Shown here: in pieces, positions 19,954 through 30,628 of the stretch
How the letters are laid out: every line of letters begins with the position of its first letter
Position numbering within the stretch: the first letter of the stretch is position 1
NCBI GenBank assembly: GCA_963664225.1
Contig: OY760937.1
Coordinates: forward strand, 1,760,001-1,824,000
DNA: 64,000 nt
Source: Verrucomicrobiia bacterium
Lineage (GTDB): Bacteria > Verrucomicrobiota > Verrucomicrobiia > Limisphaerales > UBA1319
Reading direction: 5' to 3'
Position numbers and translations under genes: made by a program
Notes under the pieces: generated by a model
The model's input: the letters and a program-made list of their open reading frames with translations, nothing else
Told to the model about the DNA's origin: nothing
The model's database searches: none

Positions 19954-21192
19954 TCAGGCCTTCAGACCGGTCGTATCGAATTCGTACTTCGTGGCCGCCT
20001 TCATCATTTCGTCCCAGGTGACCTCGCGGCGCTCGTAGGCGGCGGTCCGGCCGAGGATGGTGGTCAGATTGCTTCGAACGCTCGGCACCACAGTGGCATT
20101 CTCGAAGTTGCCTTTGGTGATGTTGTCGTAAAAAGTGGCGATATTGGTGATCACTCCCTCGGTGTAGAGGTTCTTCATCGCGCCGCCGTTGTAAGGATCG
20201 TCGCTGCGAATGAACACGTTGCCGAAATAGTTGGTCTCGGCGTAACCCAGCGTTCCAAACACGCGGCAGAGAATGTCGTCGAAGTGCATGCCCACCTGCT
20301 TGGAATTGAAATCGACAATCTGGTCGCCGGGGAATTTGAAGAGCACGCCGAAATGATCCCAGCAATCGCCGACGAATTCGCGGATCTTGCCGCCCATGCC
20401 GTAGGCGCTGATCGGGGCCGCGTCCATGAACCAGCACGCCACGTCCAGCGCGTGAATGTTCTGCTCGGTGATGATGTCCCCGGACAGGAACTTGTCCACG
20501 CCCCAGGCGCGCAGGCGCACCTCGGGATTCTTTGGATCCTTGCGCAGGATGGGGTCCATGCCGCCCCAGGTGGAATCGCAGCGGTAGCAGGCCTCGGTGA
20601 GAATGATTTTGCCGATCTCGCCGTTGCGAACGCGCTTGACCGTTTCCTGATAGGCGGGATTGGCGCGGGTCTGGAAATCGACCAGGAAAACCTGCTTCTT
20701 CTCAGTCGCCTTTTTGCCGCTCGCCTCAATCGTTTGACAGCCGGGCACGTCCACGGCGATGGGCTTGGCCACATACACATGTTTGCCTGCGGCCACTGCG
20801 GCCTCGGCATGAATGGGATGGAAGTAGGGGGGCGTCTCGATGACCACGGCGTCGAGTTTTTGTTCCAGCAGCTTTTTGTAACCGTTCAAGCCGCTGAACC
20901 GCATATTGGTCTCGATCTTGAAGGTGTCGCCGCAGGCATTGGCCTTGTCCTGAAAATAATCCGCGCAGGCCACGACATTGTAATTGCCGTTTTTCTTGAA
21001 CAGGTCGGCAATCCATGTGCCGCGACCGCCGCAGCCGATGAGGCCAATATCGATTTTGGTGTTCGCCTCCGCGCCGAAAACCAGGTTCGGCTGGACCACG
21101 GCGAAGGACATGGCGGCGGCACCCGCAGTGACAAACTGGCGGCGGGACAACGCACCCGCGCCCGCATTCTTAAGCGCATGATTCTCAGACAT
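19954..21192 (-). CDS. Tat-exported Gfo/Idh/MocA oxidoreductase
   Basis: SRRQF Tat motif; IGCGGRG, GKHVYVAKP and EQNIHALD motifs; SD GGAAGGAG before ATG 21192. Confidence 0.9.
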   Translation of the reverse strand: MSENHALKNAGAGALSRRQFVTAGAAAMSFAVVQPNLVFGAEANTKIDIGLIGCGGRGTWIADLFKKNGNYNVVACADYFQDKANACGDTFKIETNMRFSGLNGYKKLLEQKLDAVVIETPPYFHPIHAEAAVAAGKHVYVAKPIAVDVPGCQTIEASGKKATEKKQVFLVDFQTRANPAYQETVKRVRNGEIGKIILTEACYRCDSTWGGMDPILRKDPKNPEVRLRAWGVDKFLSGDIITEQNIHALDVACWFMDAAPISAYGMGGKIREFVGDCWDHFGVLFKFPGDQIVDFNSKQVGMHFDDILCRVFGTLGYAETNYFGNVFIRSDDPYNGGAMKNLYTEGVITNIATFYDNITKGNFENATVVPSVRSNLTTILGRTAAYERREVTWDEMMKAATKYEFDTTGLKA

Positions 21193-21327
21193 TGAATCTC
21201 CTTCCATTGACATGTTTACCCCACAAGCCCGGCGCAATCAGTTGCAACGGGCTGGTGCGGCTGAGAATGCCGTTCTGAGACGCGACAGGCAAGATGAAAG
21301 GAGAGACCGGGAAACCGGACCAGTCCC

Positions 21328-21903
21328 CTACTCGTTAATGCCCCAGTGGGTGCTCTGCTGGGCGCGGGAAAGCATTTCGTCGAGTATTGGCGAAGAGGCG
21401 TTGGCCCGGCGCAACATCATGTCCAGGTAGTCCATCCCCTCAGGAGGTTGGGATTCCCAGCGGGACATGAATTGCATTCCGGCGCGTTTGGCCAGGTCCG
21501 CCAGATAACCATGAACAGGAATGGGCCGTCGCTTCAAGTTGTCCCTGCCGATCAGCGCCGCCAACAAGCCGCTTTTGCCCTGACGTTGATCCAGCCATAA
21601 CTCGTTGCAGGCCCTGGCCTCATCGGGCAAATCACTGGTTGCGTCCAGCGAATAGATGATCATGTCCGCCTGCGCGGCGGATTGGGCTGCGAGACCTGCG
21701 ATAACCCCATCCATCAAAAACTGAAATTTCCACCACGAAAAATCCAGATCGACGTCCGACATGAACTTGAAAGCCAGACGTGAAGACAACTTCAAAGCCC
21801 GTTCGCGAGACTCCGTATCGCCATAGAACACGGCCACCCTGCAAGGTGCATCCGATTCGCTGAATCCATCAATGCTCTTAAATTGTTCTATCTTCTCGGT
21901 CAT
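21328..21903 (-). CDS. Hypothetical protein
   Basis: 191-aa ORF with globular alpha/beta-like composition ending HWGINE; fills the space between neighbours. Confidence 0.7.
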   Translation of the reverse strand: MTEKIEQFKSIDGFSESDAPCRVAVFYGDTESRERALKLSSRLAFKFMSDVDLDFSWWKFQFLMDGVIAGLAAQSAAQADMIIYSLDATSDLPDEARACNELWLDQRQGKSGLLAALIGRDNLKRRPIPVHGYLADLAKRAGMQFMSRWESQPPEGMDYLDMMLRRANASSPILDEMLSRAQQSTHWGINE

Positions 21904-22103
21904 TTTTTTCGGAAAAGCAGCGACACTTCGCCCCCCATGTGTGTGCCGCCAATCCTATGAATGAACATCGTCCAATCATCCGTATTGTCAAAAAATGATA
22001 TTCGAAAAAATCAAATGTCCGGTTCAGAACATTACCTGTTCAATACCAGATATATGCACACTGGACTGCGACCTGTGGTTTGATTCTTCCCGGAACCTCC
22101 CTG

Positions 22104-23102
22104 TTATAGGATGGTTCCATCCAAAAATGGCGCGCCCGCCGCCCCTTTTTGAATGTTTTCCACCGTGACCCGGGCGATTTCGGTCAACGCCTCCCGGGTT
22201 AAAAACGCCTGATGCGATGTGATGATGACATTGGAAAAAGTCAGCAAACGGGACAATTCATCATCCTGGAGCACCTGCCCGGAAAGGTCCTGGTAAAAAA
22301 TACCCGCCTCCTCCTCATAAACATCCAGAGCCACGCCGCCCAATCGGCCATTTTTCAAGGCCTTGATCAAGGCCGTGGTTTCGATGAGCTTTCCACGGCT
22401 CGTGTTGATTATAAATGCCCCCGGTTTGAGCAGCGCGAGGGTTCGCTCATTGAGCAGATGCATCGTTTCGGGCATCAATGGCACATGCAGCGACAAGATG
22501 TCGCTGGCGCCCAGCAGGGTGTCGAAATCCGAATAAACCACCCCGAACTTTTCCGCCCATTCCCGATCTGGAAATGGATCGTAGGCCAGTATTTTCACAC
22601 CGAATCCATGGAGAATTTGCGCGGTTACGCGTCCGATCTTGCCGGTGCCAACAATGCCCGCGGTTTTTCCGTAAATCTCAAACCCGACCAGTCCGGTCAG
22701 CGAAAAATTAAGCTCCCGCACGCGCAGCCAGGCCCGGTGCGTTTTGCGCGCCAGTGTCAGCAGCAGGGCCTTGGCGTGCTCGGCCACCGCATGCGGGGAA
22801 TAGGCCGGAACGCGGGTGACGGCAAAGCCCAGCTTGCGGGCCGCCACCAGATCCACATTGTTGAATCCAGCGCACCGCAAAGCCACATGCCGCACCCCCA
22901 ATTCATGCAGGCGGCGCAGACACGCCTCGTCCACCCGGTCGTTCACAAACACGCAGGCCACACCCGCGCCGGATGCCGTCGCGGCCGTTTCCGAATCCAG
23001 GCGAAATTCGTGAAAACGCCACTGAATCCGGTCCGGTGCGGCGGCCTGGCCCAGAAATTCGACATCGAAGGGCTTGGCATCATAAACTGCGACAGTCGTC
23101 AT
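22104..23102 (-). CDS. ldhA: D-lactate dehydrogenase / D-2-hydroxyacid dehydrogenase
   Basis: ALRCAGFNNVD, RVPAYSPHAVAEH, GTGKIG, INTSRG, LDVYEEE and SHQAFLT motifs. Confidence 0.92.
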   Translation of the reverse strand: MTTVAVYDAKPFDVEFLGQAAAPDRIQWRFHEFRLDSETAATASGAGVACVFVNDRVDEACLRRLHELGVRHVALRCAGFNNVDLVAARKLGFAVTRVPAYSPHAVAEHAKALLLTLARKTHRAWLRVRELNFSLTGLVGFEIYGKTAGIVGTGKIGRVTAQILHGFGVKILAYDPFPDREWAEKFGVVYSDFDTLLGASDILSLHVPLMPETMHLLNERTLALLKPGAFIINTSRGKLIETTALIKALKNGRLGGVALDVYEEEAGIFYQDLSGQVLQDDELSRLLTFSNVIITSHQAFLTREALTEIARVTVENIQKGAAGAPFLDGTIL

Positions 23103-23351
23103 AAGATTATTGAGGGTGATTCCGGGTTTTGAAATGCAACCCATGCCCGGCATCCTATCCCTTTATTCTGGGTTGGCAACCCGGATGACCGGTCGCCCCA
23201 CCGGCAATACCGGACAATATTTCACTTCCCAATTGACACGAAACTGTCAAATGGCCCATGCTTCCAACGTAGCGAATGGGTGGCGCGCGTTTCTACCACA
23301 ATCTCGTTTATCTGGTTGAATCCCCCGACGTCACCCATCGGAACCGAGCTT

Positions 23352-26300
23352 ATGAACGATCAACGTCTGGCCCATCGGCGGATTTCTCCGAAACCTTCAT
23401 CGATACTTCTCACGCTGGCCATGGTGTGGTGTTGCGGCCACGTGCCCGCCGCGGCCGGCAGTTCCGATCCAAACCGCGTGGGCGAGTACGTTGTCCGGCT
23501 CAACCTGACCTGCAACGGCACAGCGGCATCAAGTGTCAGCAGCGATGGCATTACCGCCACATCGAAGGATGCGTTTTCGGGATCGGTCAACAGCGAAATA
23601 CACTACGAAGTGATCCGGATCAACGCGGAGACGTTTGCCTCCGGCGATGAGATCAGCGGAAGCTCCTCCGTGAGTGTTTCCGGAGGAGGCTCCGCTTCCA
23701 TCAAATCCAAGGATGGCAGTTTCAGCGCCTCATGGACCTATTTGCCAGACCCGTATTTCGATCCCACGATTGCATTGGCCTGCGGCACCATGGAGTCCGG
23801 TTCCGATCCCGATATAACCCCCAATGCCTGGGCCTGCCGTGGCGATGACCCGAATAGTCAAATCAAGATCACACCCGAAACCGCCAATCCCTCAACGCAA
23901 GGTCGTGGGGCCGCCGCCGATGCGGTGGCGAAACTGGAAGGCTTCGATTTCACAATTCCGACCAATAAAGTGGGTTGGACCCGCAGCGGGACGCATTCGG
24001 CCCAGGTCAGTTATCCAACCCTCGGTGGTTCCATCCAGGGCAGCGCCTCTGTCTCTGTCACCGTCGAGTTCATTCCCGACCAAAACTCCCCTTGGGAGGC
24101 CATCATTGAAGGAGTTCCCGGTGCAAAGCCCGCCTACGAGGATTGGATCCCCTTGGGAGGCCCGGATGATGCGGACGAAAACCCCGGCAGCATGTTCCCC
24201 GTGCATGTCTATATCCGCGCCAAAGATGGCAGCGACAAGATTCCCCCATTGGCGAAATACTCTTTCTTCCTCAAAGACGTGTCCCGTGAACCGGGGATCA
24301 ACATGAACTTCCCTCATCGATCCGTCCCCGCTTACCTGGATGATGTCGAAATCCCTTTCGATCTGCGAATCCAGCCCGGCGATGGCATGACCCCGGGCGA
24401 AGTCGGCCAGTTGACGGAAACCGACGATATGGTCGTGGGTGCGGCGGTGGGGATCAACAGTTACGACTACGGCGCCTATGGAAAGTTGCGGGTGATTGCG
24501 CAAACCAGCGATGGCTACACCCTCGTGGCGCATCCGAAAGACCAGCCGGATGTCGATTTCCTAACCCTGCCCAAGGATGACAATCTGAACCATGTGGCCG
24601 ATGCCTGGGAGAAGGCGACCAACGTATTCGATCAATCCTATGCCGCCGATTGGGATGAAACCTCGACTCCTGCGAAACAGCGCACCAATGGGGACGGCAT
24701 ATCCCTCTACGAAAAATACCGCGGTTTTAGTTTTCACCGCGTTTACCAAAGACTGAATCCGTCGCTAAAATATGTATTTGTTTACGACCCCAGCGGGATG
24801 GTGGGGATGACCATTGGGGCCGATGGCAGCGACTTTCAAAAGGCCTCCGGCTGCAAGGTGATCATTGTTTCATCCAAGGAGTGGACCGGGCAAGGTGACT
24901 TCGATCATTATAATCGGATTGTGAACTTCAACTGCCTGCGGGAAAACCATGCCATCGATCAGCACGCCCTGCACTTCGAGATGAATTACGAAGATCACCC
25001 GGGCAACCCGGTGGAATGGACGCGCCTCTTTCGTGAGAAGTATGGCGAAGCGCCCGACCCCATTGGGGACACGGTCAATGGCTGCAACTTCCCTGATGTC
25101 ACTGTCGCGGGAGACCCATGGACGCCCAAGAACTCGATACGCGCAGAAGCTTACCCGGCGCACATCATCAACAACATTAACCAGACGGCGGCATACCACA
25201 CGATGGGACTCGCCAAATTCAGCACCTATTCAAGCCTCTCGGGCGACGCCCAACGCCGGATGGGCCAGGATATTTGGAAGAATAATGATGATTACATCGC
25301 CGCAAATCATGACCAGTGGCTGCGGCGGGTTCAACTGGGAATCTCCCGAACGATTGCCCACGAATTGGGCCACGGAATTGGCGTGGATGATCTTTCAAAT
25401 CATCAAGTGCATCCAACGAACTGCCTCATGCGCTACTTCGGCTCGTCTGACTTCGCAAGAAACCCGGACGACCGCTTTGAGCTAAAAGCCCGTGTGCCCT
25501 GGCCCAATATTTTCTGCGGGAAGGCCGAAGGCACCAAAAAAGGTGTTGCCTGCTGGGCACAACTTGGCGTGACCGACCGCCTGCCCTCCAGTGGAGCGGC
25601 CCTCATGGCCGCAATCACCATGAATTCAGCAAATTCAAGCGTTGCGACAAGGGCTGTATCGGGTGGCGCCACCACGTACTTTGCTTCGGGAACCGAGCAA
25701 ACGGCCGCGCCTTTTGAACTGAGCCAGGAACTCCGTTGGACCAACGTCTGGGCGGGTGATCCGCTCCGTCTGCGTCTCCGGCTGGATTGTGCGCAATTCC
25801 AGCAGGCCTGGACTTTGGCTGCCATTGAGGCAACGACCAATATCAGCCCGTCGAGCACGCTGCCGTGGATATCCACCAATTGGCACGAAGGTCTTTCTTT
25901 GAGTCTTTATCGCCTTGAAACCAATGGAGTGCGGACTCCGATTTTGAGCGGGAATGGCTGGACCAACTATTTGCGTCCGGTCTTGGTCCAGCCCGAGGAC
26001 TTGGGTTTGCGCTCATGGTCTTCCTCACGCGAGTGGCTGGTCACTCCTGAAGCAGCCGGGCTAAAGGAAGGAACTTACGTTGTAACCGCACAATGGCAGG
26101 GAGCCGGCCTGACCGATCCGCCAACAGCGCCCAGCGATGGACCGGTAATGGCCGCGGATTTGACTTTTCAGGTCGTTAAACCGCTGGATAACGAAGATAA
26201 AGCCGATTATTTGCACCACATGGCCTTCTGGCAATTCTTGAACGGCCTGAATGGTGCGGCACTCACGAATGCCCTCGAGGCATTGCGCCTACAGCCCGGC

Positions 26301-26681
26301 GTCGTTAATCCAGAGACGCATGAGTTGACCATGATCGCAGCCACTGCCGCACTACGATTGAACGATCTTCTTTCAGCAGCAAAAACTCTGGATGCACAGG
26401 AATTACTGATGGAGGCTTCCCCGACGTCTGAAGTTGGGGACTGGATCAAGCACACGCTCAAGGCCTTGAAACCCGAGCTTCGGGTTGCAAAGTTATCGCC
26501 TTTAACCATAACGGTAATCGGACACACCAATCAGAATTATCAAGTGTTCTCAAGTCCGGATTTGAAAACCTGGACTTCGGTTCAAACCATAAAGATGACC
26601 GACAACCAAACGAACATTGTGGATCCAGAGGGCGTATTGGCCACTCCGAAATTCTATAGGATAACGTGGCTTAAACCTTAG
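23352..26681 (+). CDS. Large secreted protein with zincin-like HExxH motif and C-terminal verrucomicrobial-type domain
   Basis: Signal-like N-terminus; DDNLNHVADAWE and NGDGISLYEKYRGF Ca-binding-like motifs; TIAHELGHGIG..CLMRY; C-terminal YQVFSSPDLKTW..FYRI. Confidence 0.75.
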   Translation: MNDQRLAHRRISPKPSSILLTLAMVWCCGHVPAAAGSSDPNRVGEYVVRLNLTCNGTAASSVSSDGITATSKDAFSGSVNSEIHYEVIRINAETFASGDEISGSSSVSVSGGGSASIKSKDGSFSASWTYLPDPYFDPTIALACGTMESGSDPDITPNAWACRGDDPNSQIKITPETANPSTQGRGAAADAVAKLEGFDFTIPTNKVGWTRSGTHSAQVSYPTLGGSIQGSASVSVTVEFIPDQNSPWEAIIEGVPGAKPAYEDWIPLGGPDDADENPGSMFPVHVYIRAKDGSDKIPPLAKYSFFLKDVSREPGINMNFPHRSVPAYLDDVEIPFDLRIQPGDGMTPGEVGQLTETDDMVVGAAVGINSYDYGAYGKLRVIAQTSDGYTLVAHPKDQPDVDFLTLPKDDNLNHVADAWEKATNVFDQSYAADWDETSTPAKQRTNGDGISLYEKYRGFSFHRVYQRLNPSLKYVFVYDPSGMVGMTIGADGSDFQKASGCKVIIVSSKEWTGQGDFDHYNRIVNFNCLRENHAIDQHALHFEMNYEDHPGNPVEWTRLFREKYGEAPDPIGDTVNGCNFPDVTVAGDPWTPKNSIRAEAYPAHIINNINQTAAYHTMGLAKFSTYSSLSGDAQRRMGQDIWKNNDDYIAANHDQWLRRVQLGISRTIAHELGHGIGVDDLSNHQVHPTNCLMRYFGSSDFARNPDDRFELKARVPWPNIFCGKAEGTKKGVACWAQLGVTDRLPSSGAALMAAITMNSANSSVATRAVSGGATTYFASGTEQTAAPFELSQELRWTNVWAGDPLRLRLRLDCAQFQQAWTLAAIEATTNISPSSTLPWISTNWHEGLSLSLYRLETNGVRTPILSGNGWTNYLRPVLVQPEDLGLRSWSSSREWLVTPEAAGLKEGTYVVTAQWQGAGLTDPPTAPSDGPVMAADLTFQVVKPLDNEDKADYLHHMAFWQFLNGLNGAALTNALEALRLQPGVVNPETHELTMIAATAALRLNDLLSAAKTLDAQELLMEASPTSEVGDWIKHTLKALKPELRVAKLSPLTITVIGHTNQNYQVFSSPDLKTWTSVQTIKMTDNQTNIVDPEGVLATPKFYRITWLKP

Positions 26682-26762
26682 CTGTCCGTCCTGTCTGCCG
26701 ACGAAAAATTCAGACCGTGCGGACTCGACAAATCGCCGGGCCGGGAACAGTCTTTGATTCAA

Positions 26763-27374
26763 ATGGATAGTCAAACAGATTCACCTCTCGACCGCCTCTG
26801 GGACGAATACGCCCTCGCGTTCAAGGATTTCGATGATCTGACCCTGGCGCGATGGATGTCGCAGACCCTGGGCCAGCTTCATGGAAAAGTCTGGAGGCTC
26901 TCGCATCCCCTGGTGGGCGCCTTTCGATTGGCCTCTCACCAAGGCCATGAGCGTCAGATCTGGCTCAAGCGCCTCGTGAACATTCCCATGTCCTACGTGG
27001 AGGCGCCCTGCTGCCGCGCCCCATTGCTGCCCCTGCTCACCCGCGATGTCCTCGATGCCGGCCTCGTTTGCCAGCATTGCAATGGCACGGCTGTGCCATT
27101 CAATGAAATCCCGGCTGAATTGCAGTCCAAGATCAAATCATGGGCGCTGGCTTACGAACCCGTCCATGCCGTGGCGCACCAGGAGGATGATAAACATATT
27201 AGCGCGGCCGAATACGATCGCCAATTCGAGGTCGCTGCCACAGCCGCCGAGGGCTTTCTCACCACTGCGGGAAATGTCCTCGCGCCGCTGCTGCTCGATC
27301 ACTACCCGGCAGTCATTTGGGAAGACCAGGATGAGTGCCTCGAAGTGCGGCCGGAGGATATCGTGTTCCATTGA
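26763..27374 (+). CDS. Hypothetical protein with Cys pairs
   Basis: 203-aa ORF with PCC and CQHC, a possible Zn site; coding-like codon usage. Confidence 0.72.
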   Translation: MDSQTDSPLDRLWDEYALAFKDFDDLTLARWMSQTLGQLHGKVWRLSHPLVGAFRLASHQGHERQIWLKRLVNIPMSYVEAPCCRAPLLPLLTRDVLDAGLVCQHCNGTAVPFNEIPAELQSKIKSWALAYEPVHAVAHQEDDKHISAAEYDRQFEVAATAAEGFLTTAGNVLAPLLLDHYPAVIWEDQDECLEVRPEDIVFH

Positions 27375-27446
27375 ACTCGAATCGCCAACTGCAAGCAGCG
27401 CAACTTCTTCTTTCAAAAAAGCCGCGTTTCCACTAAATACACCCCC

Positions 27447-28382
27447 ATGAAATCCATTTTTAACCGCCTCCAATCGCTACAAATGGCTGCCGCCATCCTC
27501 GCGACCGCCTGCGCCGTAAATGCTGCTGCGCCATCCGGTCCCATTGAATTGTGGCCTCAGATCCCTCCCGGAGACACCGCTGAATCGATGAAAGCCCTGG
27601 GAGAAGAAAAGGATATATCCAAGACCGGCGAAGGTCTAGTCGCGGGCAAACCGCTCATTCGCCTCGGCAACGTCACCCGCCCCACCATCACCATAAGCAA
27701 ACCCGCGCCTGATAAAGACACCGGCGCCGCCGTCCTGGTCTGCCCCGGCGGCGGCTATACCATCCTGGCCATGGACCTCGAGGGAACGGAAGTCGTTTCC
27801 TGGCTCAACTCCGTGGGTGTGACCGGCATCGTTCTCAAATACCGCGTGCCCGCGCGGCCCAATCGCGAGCGCTATGACGCGCCCCTTCAAGACGCCCAGC
27901 GGGCGATGGGGTTGGTACGACAACATGCCTCCGAATGGGGCATCAACCCCCAGCGCATTGGCGTCATGGGATTCTCCGCGGGCGCTCACCTTTCGGCGGC
28001 GTTGAGCTGCAATTACGAAAAACGCACTTATCCAGCCATCGATGACGCCGATCAGCAGAGCTGCAAACCCGACTTTACCCTCCTGGTCTATCCCGCCTAT
28101 CTCACGGTCGAAAAAGAAGGCGACCGCGTGGCCTCCGAATTAAATATCACCCCGCAAACCTCCCCGACATTGCTCATTCAAACCGGGGACGACCCCGTGC
28201 GCGTGGAATCGAGCCTTTATTATTACATGGCATTGAAGAAGGCCAAAGTCCCTGCGGAAATGGACATCTTCGCCACGGGCGGTCACGGCTACGGTTTGCG
28301 GCACACGGCAGACGCGGTAACGGATTGGCCGCAGCGCGCCACACGCTGGATGCAAGGCCTTGGCGTGCTGGAGAAGAAATAA
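27447..28382 (+). CDS. Exported alpha/beta hydrolase (esterase)
   Basis: CPGGGY, GFSAG, DD and GGHGYG motifs. Confidence 0.9.
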   Translation: MKSIFNRLQSLQMAAAILATACAVNAAAPSGPIELWPQIPPGDTAESMKALGEEKDISKTGEGLVAGKPLIRLGNVTRPTITISKPAPDKDTGAAVLVCPGGGYTILAMDLEGTEVVSWLNSVGVTGIVLKYRVPARPNRERYDAPLQDAQRAMGLVRQHASEWGINPQRIGVMGFSAGAHLSAALSCNYEKRTYPAIDDADQQSCKPDFTLLVYPAYLTVEKEGDRVASELNITPQTSPTLLIQTGDDPVRVESSLYYYMALKKAKVPAEMDIFATGGHGYGLRHTADAVTDWPQRATRWMQGLGVLEKK

Positions 28383-28429
28383 AGAAATGAAGTAAACGGG
28401 CGGATTCCGTGAGGGTTTAATCCTCAGAG

Positions 28430-29179
28430 TCAGGCGCTCAAGGACTCCGTTCCGCTGTCGTTGGAATCGAATAATTCAGGCTTTCCGATCATGCGGGAAA
28501 GCATCGACTGCAGGGCCCGTTCCGCAGCCTCCACTGCGTTGAGCGCGCCTGGGATGTTGCCCGCCATCACCGCCAGTTCCAAGCTCACCATGGTTTGTGA
28601 GAATCCGTATAAATCCAATTTGCGCGCCCGGGCCAACAAAGCCCCGGCCAATTCCCATGCACCAAGCCGGTCGTTGACGTTCAGCCATTGCCGCAATTTT
28701 GCCAGGTCACGTTCGGCTGTTTCAAGAAATGCCAGGCATCCGTCTATTAACGGTTCGTTCGGAGTGACCTCTTTCAAACCCTCTGGTGCTGGTTGATCCT
28801 TTGTCGGGGGAGCGCATTGGGTGGCGCGCTCAAAAACCCGTCTGACGGTTTCCTGTGTAAACGGTTTTAAGATGTAACCTTCCACATCGAGGGAAACCGC
28901 GGTTTTGATCGACGCTCTGTCTCTGACCAGGGAGCAAAAGATGACTTTGAGCCGCTTAAAACGATCATCCTGACGGAGACGTCGAAGCAATTGGATCCCG
29001 TCCATGCGCGGCATCGTGATTTCCAAAAGGCATAGATCGGCCGCCACGCCAGCATCCAACTGATTCCAGGCATCCAGGCCATCTTCGGCCTCAACGACTT
29101 CGACGTCCTGGGCCTGGCTGAAAATTTGCCGAAGCAGTGCTCGCGTTACCGCATCGTTGTCCACGATCATTAACTTCAT
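28430..29179 (-). CDS. Atypical response regulator (REC + degenerate HPt-like domain)
   Basis: MKLMIVDND..LLEITMPRMDG..YILKPF receiver followed by a helical domain. Confidence 0.8.
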   Translation of the reverse strand: MKLMIVDNDAVTRALLRQIFSQAQDVEVVEAEDGLDAWNQLDAGVAADLCLLEITMPRMDGIQLLRRLRQDDRFKRLKVIFCSLVRDRASIKTAVSLDVEGYILKPFTQETVRRVFERATQCAPPTKDQPAPEGLKEVTPNEPLIDGCLAFLETAERDLAKLRQWLNVNDRLGAWELAGALLARARKLDLYGFSQTMVSLELAVMAGNIPGALNAVEAAERALQSMLSRMIGKPELFDSNDSGTESLSA

Positions 29180-29351
29180 AATTCGCAATCCAGAATTGAC
29201 CCCACCATCGCCCTGTTTTCCCGGGCCCCATGTTGCTTCTTGTGAAGAACCGGCCAACCCGACAATCCTCATCCCGAAGATTTCCGGATAGCGGCGCAAA
29301 AACCAGCAACTCTCATGCCGAAGAGCCTCAGCTCGAGATATTTGATGAACA

Positions 29352-30452
29352 TTACTTAATTCCGGATTGCAGCCACTTCGCCGCTTTTCTATGCGCGGCG
29401 GCGAACGGGAATCGGCCCAATTGGTCCATCGTCAGCCATCTCATTGACGAATCCCGCAGAGTTGGAGGGTGAGAGACGCATCCGCGAAACACATGCATCA
29501 CAATCCGATGATGCGTAATGGAGTGTCGGATCTCTCCCAGCTTGTGTCCCAGTTCAGGACGGAACCCGAGGATTATTTCCACCACTGCCAGTGATTTGTC
29601 CATGCCAGAGGAGGAAGACTCCACACTTGGAAACTCCCATAAGTGTGCATTTACGCCATTTCCGGAGCGTTGACAGGCCAGCACGCGGCCATTGTTTTCG
29701 ATAATCCAACATACCAATTTTTTATGGACAGTTTTGGTCCTGATTTTGGGCGGTGGAATAATCCCAGTCAGACCGGACAGATAAGCGAAGCAAAAACGTT
29801 GCACGGGACATCGGTCGCACCGGGGCTGGCGAGGTGTGCAGATAAGAGCTCCCAGTTCCATCAACGATTGATTCAAATGACTGCATTGAAGACCCATGGG
29901 CGACTTCCGGCGATGCGCCGCCTCCACCAACTCCGCCGCTCGCAGCCAGAGAAATTGGTTTGTTTCTTTCGCGCGCGGATCCGTCCGAATTCCCAGAATC
30001 CGGCATAAAACCCGGGTGACATTGCCATCGAGAATCGGTTCCGGCTGGTTAAAGGCGATGCTGCAGATCGCTCCAGCGGTGTATCGACCGATGCCGGGCA
30101 ACGCGAGCCAGCCTTCCAGGTCCATGGGCAAACGGCCTTCCTGCGTTTCCACCAGCCATTGCGCGGCGCTTCGCAGGTTTCTCGCGCGGGTGTAATACCC
30201 CAGTCCCTCCCAAAGCTTGAGCACCTTTTCTGCAGGGGCGGAGGCAAGCGCCTGCACCGTGGGAAAGGCCTTAATCCAACGTTCCCAATAAGGCACCACG
30301 GCGACCACCTGGGTCTGCTGCAACATGGCTTCTGACACCCATATCGCATAGGGATCGCGCGTTCGCCGCCAGGGCAAGTCCCGAGCGTTGTCGGAATACC
30401 AATCCAGTAATTTGGAAACGATGGCAGCGATTTTTCTTTGATCCGGCGTCAC
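29352..30452 (-). CDS. mutY: A/G-specific adenine glycosylase MutY
   Basis: RDLPWR, VSEAMLQQT, WEGLGYY, LPGIGRYTAGAI, DGNV and CTPRQPRCDRCP..C motifs; start estimated. Confidence 0.95.
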   Translation of the reverse strand: MTPDQRKIAAIVSKLLDWYSDNARDLPWRRTRDPYAIWVSEAMLQQTQVVAVVPYWERWIKAFPTVQALASAPAEKVLKLWEGLGYYTRARNLRSAAQWLVETQEGRLPMDLEGWLALPGIGRYTAGAICSIAFNQPEPILDGNVTRVLCRILGIRTDPRAKETNQFLWLRAAELVEAAHRRKSPMGLQCSHLNQSLMELGALICTPRQPRCDRCPVQRFCFAYLSGLTGIIPPPKIRTKTVHKKLVCWIIENNGRVLACQRSGNGVNAHLWEFPSVESSSSGMDKSLAVVEIILGFRPELGHKLGEIRHSITHHRIVMHVFRGCVSHPPTLRDSSMRWLTMDQLGRFPFAAAHRKAAKWLQSGIK

Positions 30453-30516
30453 ACGCACCACATACTGAGAAAAAACCCTCCTACGCAAGAGAAGAACCAC
30501 AGTTGAAGAACCAAAG

Positions 30517-30590
30517 CCACAGATTTACACAGATCCGCACAGATTCATAAAAAAGAAATTGATTCCGTTTGTGCTGTGCCAATCTGTGAG
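30517..30590. repeat. CACAGAT x3 (10-nt period) and partial inverted copy
   Basis: CACAGAT at 30518, 30528 and 30538; CTGTG..ATCTGTG at 30574-30588. Confidence 0.75.
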
Positions 30591-30628
30591 GGTATGCGGC
30601 TATTCCCGTGGCTGTCTTTGCGGCTGAT

